From positions 1,856,001 to 1,920,000 of the forward strand of contig OY762007.1 of NCBI GenBank assembly GCA_963665115.1: 64,000 nucleotides of DNA, in the 5' to 3' direction. A program made the translations under genes and the position numbers. Position 1 is the first letter of the stretch; every line of letters starts with the position of its first letter. The notes below the pieces were generated by a model. That model was not told where the DNA came from. It saw only the letters and a list, made by a program, of their open reading frames with translations, and did no database searches. Origin of the DNA: an uncultured Rivularia sp. Its GTDB lineage: Bacteria; Cyanobacteriota; Cyanobacteriia; Cyanobacteriales; Nostocaceae. Of the stretch, positions 1-13,722 are shown piece by piece.

Positions 1-272
1 GACGATTCAAAGAGAATTTGCATTCCCAGACATATTCCTAAGAAAGGTTTACCGCTGTAGATGACATTCTTTATTGGTTCAATCAAACCTCGCGATCGCA
101 AATTTTGCATTGCTGGGTCGAATGCACCAACACCAGGTAATACAATAGCATTGGCTCTTTCTAAATCTTTTGGAGAACTTGTAACTTTAGGAGTTGCACC
201 AGCTCTTTCTAAAGCTTTACAAACTGAGTGCAAATTTCCCATGTCATAATCAATTACTGCAATTACCGCCAT
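1..272 (-). CDS. hisH: Imidazole glycerol phosphate synthase glutaminase subunit HisH (5' part; runs off window)
   Basis: Manual translation from ATG at 272: MAVIAVIDYDMGNLHSVCKALERAGA...VLPGVGAFD...KPFLGICLGMQILFES; class I GATase motifs PGVG and GICLG. Absent from the ORF track. Confidence 0.95.
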   Translation of the reverse strand, partial: MAVIAVIDYDMGNLHSVCKALERAGATPKVTSSPKDLERANAIVLPGVGAFDPAMQNLRSRGLIEPIKNVIYSGKPFLGICLGMQILFES

Positions 273-1044
273 AACCTACTCCCGATAAATTTATAGATGG
301 AGGGTGTTTCTATTTTAAATAATAAATTTTAGCAAGGCAAAGATTGTTATTTACTTCCGAACAAATTTTGGCTTATACGTTACAAATAAATTTGTTCTGA
401 ACAATTCCTGCTTAAAATTGCTTTACATTGTTAGATTCTCTCGATGATTTGATTTTCCTGCATTGACTTACCTGTAAAATTACAACTTGTTAGTTTAAGA
501 GAAATTAAAGAACAGCGAACTTTTAACTCTATGCTATTCTAAGCGGCTCAATGATGCAAAGTAATAAGCCATTAATTTCAAAAATTAAGTGGCAAACATA
601 GTAAAACTTGCGTCTTCACCCTGCTTTTTTTTGAGACTTGAACGGATATAAACCCTTACAACATCTCTACTATTACCTAATTTTTAAATAAGCATCTAAT
701 AATTACTATAGTACAGACATATTGCCGTTTTAGTAAATAATATAGATTTGCACAAACTGTGTTGCATACAACTGTTGATTAAAAGCAATAAATGCTGGCA
801 TGGCAATTATGAACCGTTGACATCAAACACAGCTTCGGATAACTTTATTGTCCATCTGTTTTATTATTCAATTTTAGATCGCTGGCTCGTACCTAAATTT
901 TTAGATGTTGTATCTTGATTCAAGTTATTATTTTGACAAAAAAAAACGTCTATAATTGTTGTCAATTTGCGATTAATTAGAAGTCAGGTAGGCACTTTCA
1001 TCGATATAGGTGCGTCTTTAATGAAACGAAAAAACTAAAGATAT

Positions 1045-2406
1045 ATGTTCTCATTTTTACTCAATTATACTATTGCTCAAACAACTACTTTCACCCCCGC
1101 ACCTGTAGAAGTAGTACAGCCACAACAAGTACGTCCTTTACCAGGTAGACTTGATAATGTTCCGGTTTTTAATAGCAATAGTCCGGAATTAGTTCTCAAA
1201 GAAGGAATTCTGCTTTCGACATTTCGGGGAAGAGGAAAAAAAGTGCCCTCAGCACACCTTGATTTTCCTTTTAAAGGACGATTTGATATATTTGCCCATC
1301 ATATCGCTAAAGCATCTAAACCTTCGGATTTAAGGACGTTATACCTGGGGATAATTCTGCACAATCCCACTTCCCAACCTGTTACGGTAAATGTATTAAA
1401 TGCGGCTAGTTATTTGAGTCAACCGGATGCACCATTTATTGATTTACCATCCCAAAAAACTAATTATTTTGGTAGGGTATTTTCGGGCCCTGGAAGTCGC
1501 GTCATGAGCGATATTCTCAGAAAACGTCGTCAATCAACATTACCTGCTAAAGTAATAATTCCAGCAGGGGAAAGTCGCATGATGATGAATGCACCCATTC
1601 CTGTAAAAGAATTAGAACCGCCGATAAATGGACGTTCTACTTTAATGCGATTGCGGAGCAGCGGTAAAGTATATGCAGCATCTTTAGCAATGTTTGCACC
1701 CACTAACCCCGACGGAAACGAACGTGCGCCAACATTACAAGAATGGCAAAATTTACTTGATAACGGTGATTTAGCAGGGCCAAGAGATAAAGCTCCAACT
1801 CCACCCGAAGACATCAACAAACCAATTATCTACGGCAGAGTATCCGGAGTCGCAAAAGGTTCTCAGTGGAATTCCTTAGTCGTTGATAGTCCTAAAAAAA
1901 CTTATCTTACAATTCCCCAATCGGGTAAAGCTTTTTCCTACGGTATTGCTACCTTACATCGCGGAACTTTAGGAACCAACCAAATTCAAAGTGCTAAAAT
2001 GTTAGCACGATATCCGGACACTGCATATTACACTCATGGCAACTATGGGATTTGGTACAGTTTGCAGTTACCTTTATTAAATAAATCTTCAGCACCGCAG
2101 ACTGTTAAAGTATCATTGCAAACACCTATTAAAGAAGATAAATTAACCAAAGATGGGTTACGCTTCTTTGATAATCCATCTAAGCGAATATTCTTTCGCG
2201 GTACAGTAAGGGTGCGTTATACGGATGACAGAGGATTACCGCGCACTCGGTACTTGCATTTAGTACAAAATAGAGGTGAAAAAGGAGAACCTTTAACGAT
2301 ATTAAATATGAAACCAGGTGCTAAAAGACTTGTAGAAGTTGATTTACTGTATCCCCCAGATGCGACACCACCCCAGGTACTTACGGTTGAGACGGAAGAT
2401 AAATAA
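1045..2406 (+). CDS. DUF3370-like cyanobacterial exported protein
   Basis: 453-aa ORF; VRPLPG.LD..PVFNSNSPE, HGNYG and YPPDATPPQVLT motifs recalled from this family. Confidence 0.75.
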   Translation: MFSFLLNYTIAQTTTFTPAPVEVVQPQQVRPLPGRLDNVPVFNSNSPELVLKEGILLSTFRGRGKKVPSAHLDFPFKGRFDIFAHHIAKASKPSDLRTLYLGIILHNPTSQPVTVNVLNAASYLSQPDAPFIDLPSQKTNYFGRVFSGPGSRVMSDILRKRRQSTLPAKVIIPAGESRMMMNAPIPVKELEPPINGRSTLMRLRSSGKVYAASLAMFAPTNPDGNERAPTLQEWQNLLDNGDLAGPRDKAPTPPEDINKPIIYGRVSGVAKGSQWNSLVVDSPKKTYLTIPQSGKAFSYGIATLHRGTLGTNQIQSAKMLARYPDTAYYTHGNYGIWYSLQLPLLNKSSAPQTVKVSLQTPIKEDKLTKDGLRFFDNPSKRIFFRGTVRVRYTDDRGLPRTRYLHLVQNRGEKGEPLTILNMKPGAKRLVEVDLLYPPDATPPQVLTVETEDK

Positions 2407-2415
2407 AATTTTCTC

Positions 2416-2727
2416 GTAGGGTGCTGTGACGGTTACGGTAACTTATCAACTGTAACAAAATTGTTCAAATTTACCGTCACGCACCAAACTAAATACTACG
2501 CTTATTATAGTGTTATGTAGAATACAATCATCAACGTCGGCATCCCAAGCAGCAGTCAGATTAGCATCAGTCAAATCAACTCGCTCAAATACGACAGCAT
2601 CTAAAAGTGCATTACTTAAATCAACACAAATTTAATCGTAAATTCGTTAAATTCGCATGGTGGATTAAACGCAATAGAAAAATTACCCTTTAAAGCAATA
2701 TATAGTTAAGTGTCTAACACACCCTAC
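2416..2727. repeat. Inverted pair of GTAG-type REP-like palindromes (REPIN-like)
   Basis: GTAGGGTGCTGTGACGG...CCGTCACGCACC (2416-2485) and inverted TGGTGGATTAAAC...CTAACACACCCTAC (2658-2727). Confidence 0.65.
2503..2631 (-). pseudogene. Pentapeptide-repeat protein fragment
   Basis: Reads ICVDLSNALLDAVVFERVDLTDANLTAAWDADVDDCILHNTII; no start codon, in-frame TAA immediately upstream. Confidence 0.65.
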
Positions 2728-2769
2728 AAAATTCAAATAATTTAATTTATATAGAAGTAATTAAACAGC

Positions 2770-2805
2770 AAAAAACCCTTCTGTCATATTCAGAAGGGTT
2801 TTTTT
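2770..2805 (-). terminator. Rho-independent terminator of the rRNA operon (bidirectional shape)
   Basis: AAAAAACCCTTCTG-TCATATT-CAGAAGGGTTTTTTT just downstream of 5S. Confidence 0.9.
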
Positions 2806-2814
2806 AAATTACAA

Positions 2815-2933
2815 ACCTGGCACCGAGCTATTTTCACAGGAGGCAACCCTCCAACTATCGTCGCCGCAACGGCGTTTCACCTCTGAGTTCGGGATGGGAT
2901 CAGTGTGGTTCCACCGTGCCATAAGCACCAGGA
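2815..2933 (-). rRNA. rrf: 5S rRNA
   Basis: Reverse complement TCCTGGTGCTTATGGCACGGTGGAACCACACTGATCCCATCCCGAACTCAG...GTGCCAGG. Confidence 0.97.
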
Positions 2934-3028
2934 AACTTGTAGGGAATACAGAATCCCTGAAGGCTGCACATTCACGCGCTTTTTGTAAAAATGATTAGTA
3001 TCTTTAAAATGTAGAACATCAATTGATG

Positions 3029-5848
<2,820 letters not shown>

Positions 5849-6067
5849 ACAAAGATATTCCAATACAATCATCGGTTACAAAATAGGATATCTAGATACT
5901 TTCCTTAACTACTTAAAGTAATCAAGGACTACCTAAATCATTTCGCGTGAATATGCAGTTTTCAAGGTTCTGACTGGATAATAATCCAGCATTCCAATTT
6001 ATTTCTATATAAATTTGGGTGCTGAAACTTATCTACTTTTTTCACTCATAATTCAATCAAAAAAATT

Positions 6068-6143
6068 TGGTGGAGGTAAGCGGACTCGAACCGCTGACAT
6101 CTGCCTTGCAAAGGCAGCGCTCTACCAACTGAGCTATACCCCC
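6068..6143 (-). tRNA. tRNA-Ala(UGC), CCA encoded
   Basis: GGGGGTATAGCTCAGTTGGTAGAGCGCTGCCTTTGCAAGGCAG...GGTTCGAGTCCGCTTACCTCCACCA in the 16S-23S ITS. Confidence 0.97.
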
Positions 6144-6196
6144 ATCTACAGCTACCAGTGACCAAATAATTATTTAATACTGTTTGCTGTTTCAGG

Positions 6197-6270
<74 letters not shown>

Positions 6271-6413
6271 ATAAGTTATGAGTTCTTACGAACCGAACCT
6301 ATAATTGTTTGAAAGCCTTTCAAATACCTAAATCTACATCACGACCTGGGATATACCAACTCGATCATCTAATCACAAATTGCTTTGGATGTATGAGTGG
6401 TTAGGTCTCCCTG

Positions 6414-7899
<1,486 letters not shown>

Positions 7900-8113
7900 T
7901 GGATAAGTTGAATACTTAGCAAATAGTCACATCCGTAACCACCTAAGCATCCTTCGTCCTTGACTGACTTTTTTTAAACCTTAGTCTTGGTTAATTACTT
8001 TACTAACGCAGACCTTTTATGGTATGCTGGCTTTCAAACAAATATATAGTTTTCTTGGTTCGGAACCCTTGAGGAGTCGGCGTTTTGCGCTTCTCTCTCT
8101 CAGGCACTTATAC

Positions 8114-8142
8114 ATAGTACCGAGAACACCTATTCGTGTCAA
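8114..8142 (-). promoter_or_regulatory. Sigma70-type rRNA promoter
   Basis: Minus strand TTGACA-N17-TACTAT with A-tract (UP-like) upstream, about 215 bp before 16S. Confidence 0.85.
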
Positions 8143-8352
8143 CTCTTTTTTCAAAAAATTTTGGAATTAGTTTATTTGTCATCGCTATAATCCCTACTCC
8201 ACAACGGTTTTAAGCGATAAAAATTTTTTAGTTATTTTGAAAAATGCTTTCATGGAAGCGAACTTTATTGGTTTCGCGTCTATCGAGGGCGAACTTATTG
8301 CCGAATTTTCGATTTAAGTTGGTAGTTTAGGTTTGGAAATTCTGTTTGGCAT

Positions 8353-8707
8353 GATGACGGTCCAAATTGCTTCTATATAGAAAAAGTCCGGCAGCGCGTA
8401 TATAGAACCTATTTGTAATCTTTTATTGAAATGCAAAGGCTTATAGATTCCAAATGGATTCTATATATTGAGATGCATAAGAATTATTTTTTTGATGGCG
8501 GAGGGTTGAAGCCGTTCCTATACAGGAAAAATCCGCTTCCGTAGACTATATATATAGAAGTTATTCAATTTGACGGTTGAAACCGGGCTTAAACAGGCAA
8601 AGTCCCCCCTGCGCGGGCTGTGTATATGAGAATTATTTTTTGATGGCGGAGGGTTGAAGCCGTTCCTATACAAGAAAAAAATCTGCTTCCGTGGACTATA
8701 TATAGAA
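8353..8707. repeat. Degenerate direct-repeat region upstream of the rRNA promoter
   Basis: Near-identical ~80-bp units at 8480-8559 and 8629-8707, diverged relatives at 8353-8407 and 8560-8628. Confidence 0.8.
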
Positions 8708-8881
8708 ATTTTGAGCGATTCAAGGTTTGTAGCTGAGGTTTTTTCGCTAAGGTTTTAAAGCGGTTGGTTGAAAGTATTTGTTATCCGAGCAGCACATTGC
8801 ACTGAGCCTCGAATAATTTAGTATGGATGAACTAATAAAATAACTAAATCAACCAAACTGCCTTATGAGACAGAAATTAAA

Positions 8882-9056
8882 TAAGTACTTAGGCAAAATT
8901 AATTGTGTATTTGTCATTGCGAGTGGAACGAAGTGAAACGAAGCATTCACCGAAGGTGTGGATCATCGCAGCACTTTGCGATTACTATGTCCTATCGGAC
9001 ACGCTTCGCTAACGCTGTCGCTCGTAATGACACAAATAATTTTGCACACCCACTTA
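8882..9056. mobile_element. TA-flanked MITE with nested palindromic repeats
   Basis: Imperfect TIRs TAAGT...GCAAAATTAATTGTGT / ACACAAATAATTTTGC...ACTTA; inner TGTCATTGCGAG...CTCGTAATGACA palindrome. Confidence 0.7.
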
Positions 9057-9183
9057 TCCCTCTTGTTTCACTCTCTGGAAAGCTTTTATTTTTTATAATC
9101 TCGAAATTCTTGTACACAAAGCAATTGCGAACTTCTAAACTAATATTAAATCAAGGCATATAGAAAACATATCCTAGAATTAT

Positions 9184-9584
9184 TTAATTTTGAATTTTAA
9201 AACCCTTACTATCTATAGCTTGTAAGAACCCAGTAAAGTTTCTAGTATTAGTAAACACCGAATGCCTTAAAAGACGTTGATTTGCTGCCACCATACTATA
9301 GGCGATCGCAATTATTAGTCCCATTAAAGGTGCAACTATCATCGCCCCAATAATGGTTGCCGCACTATTGGCTAAAAATTCAAAAGTTGCAATTACCCCA
9401 GATAGTGAAAGTAAAACATAAAAGCTGATTGAAGGAACCGCACCTCTCCACAAACTGCGCTTAATTCCCGCGATTTATATCGCTTTCTCTGCCAACCAAG
9501 GTCACAGTCTCCACTATTACTCTCCCACAACCATACAAATTTTTTCTTACTCCAACCACCAAGTTTTTTAACTAGCAAAAGCAT
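9184..9584 (-). pseudogene. DUF389 (TIGR00341-like) membrane protein, frameshifted and 3'-truncated
   Basis: Two overlapping frames; IATFEFLANSAATIIGAMIVAPLMGLI motif; far shorter than family members. Confidence 0.75.
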
Positions 9585-9805
9585 TTGGAATATATTGCCT
9601 TTACTTAAAATGTATGAATAAATACAGTTAGTTACGATTCAACCAGATTTTATTTGCCAGTACTATCTTGCGGAATGTGGGTTATAGATTGCGTTACTTT
9701 ATTTTTTCTTAGCCTGAAGACAGGCTTATCCAAAAAAAATCGACACCGCTAACCAAAAAGTTAGCGATGCGAAAATTAAATTTATTTAAGATACTTTAGA
9801 AAAAA

Positions 9806-10207
9806 TTAGAACTTAATTCCCAATTGTCCGTTGATACCGCGACGTGTATTGTAACCAGCACCAACCATTAAGTTTTCAGTAGGGTTAACTTGTACTCCAC
9901 CCGAAAGGGATACACCTTTACCTTCAGTATAATATCCAACCCCAACATAAGGAGAAACAGCAGGTAAAGGAAGGAATTGCAGTACATCTACACCAACAGC
10001 ACCATCTTCTCCTACTCCCAATTCCGCACCGTAACCCATAACCTTTGCACCCACAGCATAAGTAACATCACCATCTTTAGTTCCAACAGATACCCAAGGT
10101 TCTGGAACTATATTTGGAACTATTTGAGCATCAGCTTGCTGAGGTGCAAATACAGCCAATAAACCTAAAGACGCAGCTAATGTTTTACCGATAAAAGCTA
10201 TTTTCAT
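9806..10207 (-). CDS. Small exported protein, probable outer-membrane beta-barrel
   Basis: Signal peptide ending ADA, Gly-rich amphipathic strands, C-terminal QLGIKF. Confidence 0.7.
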   Translation of the reverse strand: MKIAFIGKTLAASLGLLAVFAPQQADAQIVPNIVPEPWVSVGTKDGDVTYAVGAKVMGYGAELGVGEDGAVGVDVLQFLPLPAVSPYVGVGYYTEGKGVSLSGGVQVNPTENLMVGAGYNTRRGINGQLGIKF

Positions 10208-10404
10208 TTTCGACTCCTACACTACCTATTAATAATTATGATTTGTTCATAACTTACTTCTCGTGACGGATATTACACTGTTTGTGTGCCGAGTTGGGAA
10301 AAATTTGTGAAAGAGAGAGAGGGTAAAGAGAGCAGGGGAAGCAGGGGAGGCAATTAATTTTATTTCTTAATTATTTATTTTCTACCTCCGCTCTCTTCTA
10401 TTCA

Positions 10405-11260
10405 TAACTCCTAACCGTTCATTGTCCACTGCTACTTTTGTTTTAGTAAAAAATTATACTGATTGGTTTACTTGTCCGTGTAAATTTAAGCTCAATACTG
10501 GTTATAATATTTATGTGTTGGCAATTTCGCTTAAAGTATTTGCATATTGCAAGATGGCTGGGCGGATAAAATAACCTTGCTTGTAACCAGATATCAGCGG
10601 ATTTCTACCGTCTACTAACAACTTGCCACCTGATGGCACTCCTTATTCAATCAACCTTTCAATTCGGGTTTTACTTCCGGCACTAATTACGGCTCCCGTT
10701 TATACCTTATTATTTAAGCCGTTACCTACAATTCGCTTGTTTGCAACTTCGGCGATCGCTTGGGTAAAAGTTTCTTTCGCTTCCCCTACAGTTATTGTCA
10801 CCGAAGCATTCAGGCAACTTTGTCCAGCTAAACCGAAAGCACTATCGGCAGCGATGCGGGTTATTCTAACTATGTCTGCGTCGGGCAAAACCACAATCGG
10901 ATTTTTCGCACCACCTTGATACTGCATTCGTTTTTTATTGGCAGCACCCCAACTGTAAAGATATTTGGCTACGGGTGACGAGCCAACAAAACTAATTGCT
11001 TTTATTTGTGGATGCTCTACTATTACGTCTACAGTTTCTTTCCCACCATCAACTAAATTAACTACATCTTCGGGTAAGCTAGTTTGTTCTAAATAATTGA
11101 AAGATTTTCTGCATCGTCAACGGTACCTTTTCCAAAGGTTTGAGAATGTAGGTGTTACCGCAAGCTAAAGCATATGGTAAAAACCAGAAAGGAATCATCG
11201 GAAAACTGAAAGGACAACTAGTTTATTAGCTTTAGCAACCAGAACAGCAGCCGGAAATTC
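10405..11260 (-). pseudogene. Degraded CoA-acylating methylmalonate-semialdehyde dehydrogenase (MmsA/IolA-like)
   Basis: Fragments [56 protein letters not shown]...FFTKTKV with several stops, frameshifts and deletions. Confidence 0.85.
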
Positions 11261-11466
11261 TTATTAAGAATAATGCAATATATTAGTTCAAATCAACACT
11301 GGAACTATTCCTTTACACAAACGTCAAAGAGTAAATGTTCTCAAAATGATAGACTAAAAATTAAATTTATTATTCGGGAAATACTGGTACTTTTTTTCCG
11401 GAGAATACATAGAAAGACTGAAAACTTTATTCAAGTAAATTCTCTGGTTGCTCGCAAATCATACAC

Positions 11467-12753
11467 ATGAGACTACCCTTATTATTCCTTAGCGCCGCTA
11501 GCAGTATTCTGCTTTTATCCTCTCCATTAAATGCGGCTAATTTTCAATCATGGCATTTTAATCCTACGCGGAATCAACTTAACTTAACTACTGATTCGGG
11601 AGTTCAACCAAGAGCGTTTTTAATTAACAATCCGACGCGACTTGTAATTGATTTACCCGGTACGAAATTGAGTGGTAATACTATTCGCAAAAAATTTGGT
11701 TCGTCAGTACGAGAAGTTAGAGTTGGAAAAGTTGATGATAAAACTACTCGTTTGGTGGTGGAATTAGCACCAGGTTATACAGTTTCTCCCGAAAAGCTAT
11801 TAGTAAAAGGCGATACTTCTTCCCATTGGATTGTTAATTTTTCATCTATAGAGCGCATTACCTCCAACTCTAATCAAAGTTCTGGTGAAGAAAAGATTCC
11901 CGTGCCGTTTCCTGCTGCATCTTCATTTGCGGGGGTTGTTCCTGTAGGAAGTAAAATACCACAACTCCATTCTCAAGTGAAAAGTTTGATGTCTCGCTAC
12001 AGTTATTTAGATCCGGGAATCTTTTTCATGGATTTGGAAACTGGAGATTATTTAGACATAAATGGAGAGAAGGCATTTCCCGCAGCTTCTACAATTAAAC
12101 TTCCGCTTTTAGTTGCTTTATTTGAAGAAGTAGATGCAGGTAGAGTTAAGTTAAATGAAACTGTAGTCATGCGTCGCGATTTGATGACTGGAGGTTCCGG
12201 AACAATGCGTTATAAACGTCCCGGTACTAAGTTTAGTTTGATGGAAACCGTGACTAAAATGATTACCATCAGCGATAATACCGCAACTAATATGGTGATC
12301 GATCGCTTAGGTGGTAAAGCTAGATTAAATCAGCGTTTTCGTAATTGGGGATTGCAAAACACTGTCATACGCAATCTACTTGGTGATTTTAAAGGAACTA
12401 ACACTACTAGCCCTAAAGATTTAGCTAGAGTTGGAGCTTTGATTTCTAATAATTTGTTGTTAAGTAATACCAGCCGTGCCAAAGTTTTAGATATTATGCA
12501 TCGCGTCGAGAATAAAGCGTATTTAGCATCAGGTTTTGGTAGTAATGCAAAATTTGCTCACAAAACAGGAACTTTAGGAATTGTTCTTGGTGATGCAGGT
12601 ATTGTAACAATGCCCAATGGTAAGCGTTATTTAGCCGGTATTATGGTAAATAGACCTTTTCGCGATGCACGGGCTAAATCCTTTATTAAACAAGTTTCTC
12701 GAATAGTTTACGGACACATGAATAAACCACAAGTAAGCAGTTTACCAAGATAA
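11467..12753 (+). CDS. AMIN-domain serine hydrolase, class A beta-lactamase-like (PBP-A type)
   Basis: Signal peptide, AMIN motif NPTRLVIDLPG, then STIK, SDN and HKTG motifs. Confidence 0.9.
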   Translation: MRLPLLFLSAASSILLLSSPLNAANFQSWHFNPTRNQLNLTTDSGVQPRAFLINNPTRLVIDLPGTKLSGNTIRKKFGSSVREVRVGKVDDKTTRLVVELAPGYTVSPEKLLVKGDTSSHWIVNFSSIERITSNSNQSSGEEKIPVPFPAASSFAGVVPVGSKIPQLHSQVKSLMSRYSYLDPGIFFMDLETGDYLDINGEKAFPAASTIKLPLLVALFEEVDAGRVKLNETVVMRRDLMTGGSGTMRYKRPGTKFSLMETVTKMITISDNTATNMVIDRLGGKARLNQRFRNWGLQNTVIRNLLGDFKGTNTTSPKDLARVGALISNNLLLSNTSRAKVLDIMHRVENKAYLASGFGSNAKFAHKTGTLGIVLGDAGIVTMPNGKRYLAGIMVNRPFRDARAKSFIKQVSRIVYGHMNKPQVSSLPR

Positions 12754-13012
12754 GTTTCGGTCTAATTTTATATTTTTATTAATGTAGAGATGGGGTTTAA
12801 TATGCTTCGTCTCTACAATTTTTTTTGCCAAGATTAACTTTATTAACGTTCAAGCAAGTAAACTTCTAACAAAAGCAGGCATTTTTGATAAATTTAAATT
12901 TTGATTGATTACAGTTTGATTAATATTTAATATTTGTTATAAAGCATATACAGTGAATGCAAATTGGAATGAATGCTTTAACATGAATTTAGGAAATGAT
13001 TGGGAAAAGTAA

Positions 13013-13565
13013 ATGACTTTTATTGCTGCAAAGTGGACGGTTGAAGATTATCATCGAATGATTGCCGCTGGGATTTTGCGCGATCGCCAAGTTGAACTAC
13101 TCAAAGGAGAAATTGTCCAAATGCCACCAGAAGGGGAACCTCACGCTTATTGTAGCGATGAAGCAGCAGAGTATTTAAGTGAATTATTGGGTAAGCGTGC
13201 TAAAGTTCGTCAAGCGAAACCAATTACTTTACCCAACGATTCGGAAACCGGAACCAGATTTAGCCATTGTCCAACGTTTAGGAAGGGATTATCGAGAACA
13301 TCATCCCTATGTAGAAAATATTTTTTGGGTAATTGAGTATTCCAATACTACTTTAGAAAAAGATTTAGAAATAAAAAGCAAAATTTATGCTGAAGCTGGA
13401 ATTAAAGAGTATTGGGTTGTTAATCTAAAAAGATTACATTTAATAGTATTTAGAGATCCATTAGATGGAGATTATGCGACTAAATTTACGCTAACTGCGG
13501 GAACAATTCAACCGATTGCATTTAGTGATATTTCTGTTTTGGTTGAGCGGATTATTAATAAGTAA
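13013..13565 (+). CDS. Uma2 family (DUF820) endonuclease; +1 frameshift at 13245-13247, probably sequencing error
   Basis: Removing one A from TCGGAAACCG restores SEPEPD as in the paralog at 31146; KxxxYA and YWVVNL motifs. Confidence 0.85.
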
Positions 13566-13722
13566 TCGGTAATTTACTATAGTTACGTTATCCGTGCGTA
13601 AGTCCTTAAGAATTAAAAATTACTAATTGTTTTGATAATATCTGTCTTTACCTGGGAACTATAAATTTAATAACTTAGAACCATATGGTATATTTGTACT
13701 ATACTGGAGATTAATTTAAATT

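Noticed and set aside
8480..8707. Possible CRISPR repeat-spacer-repeat
   Set aside because: Repeats are ~80 bp and the intervening sequence is itself a diverged unit.
11467..12753. Acquired beta-lactam resistance gene
   Set aside because: AMIN fusion and chromosomal context fit the cyanobacterial PBP-A-like family; no mobile context.
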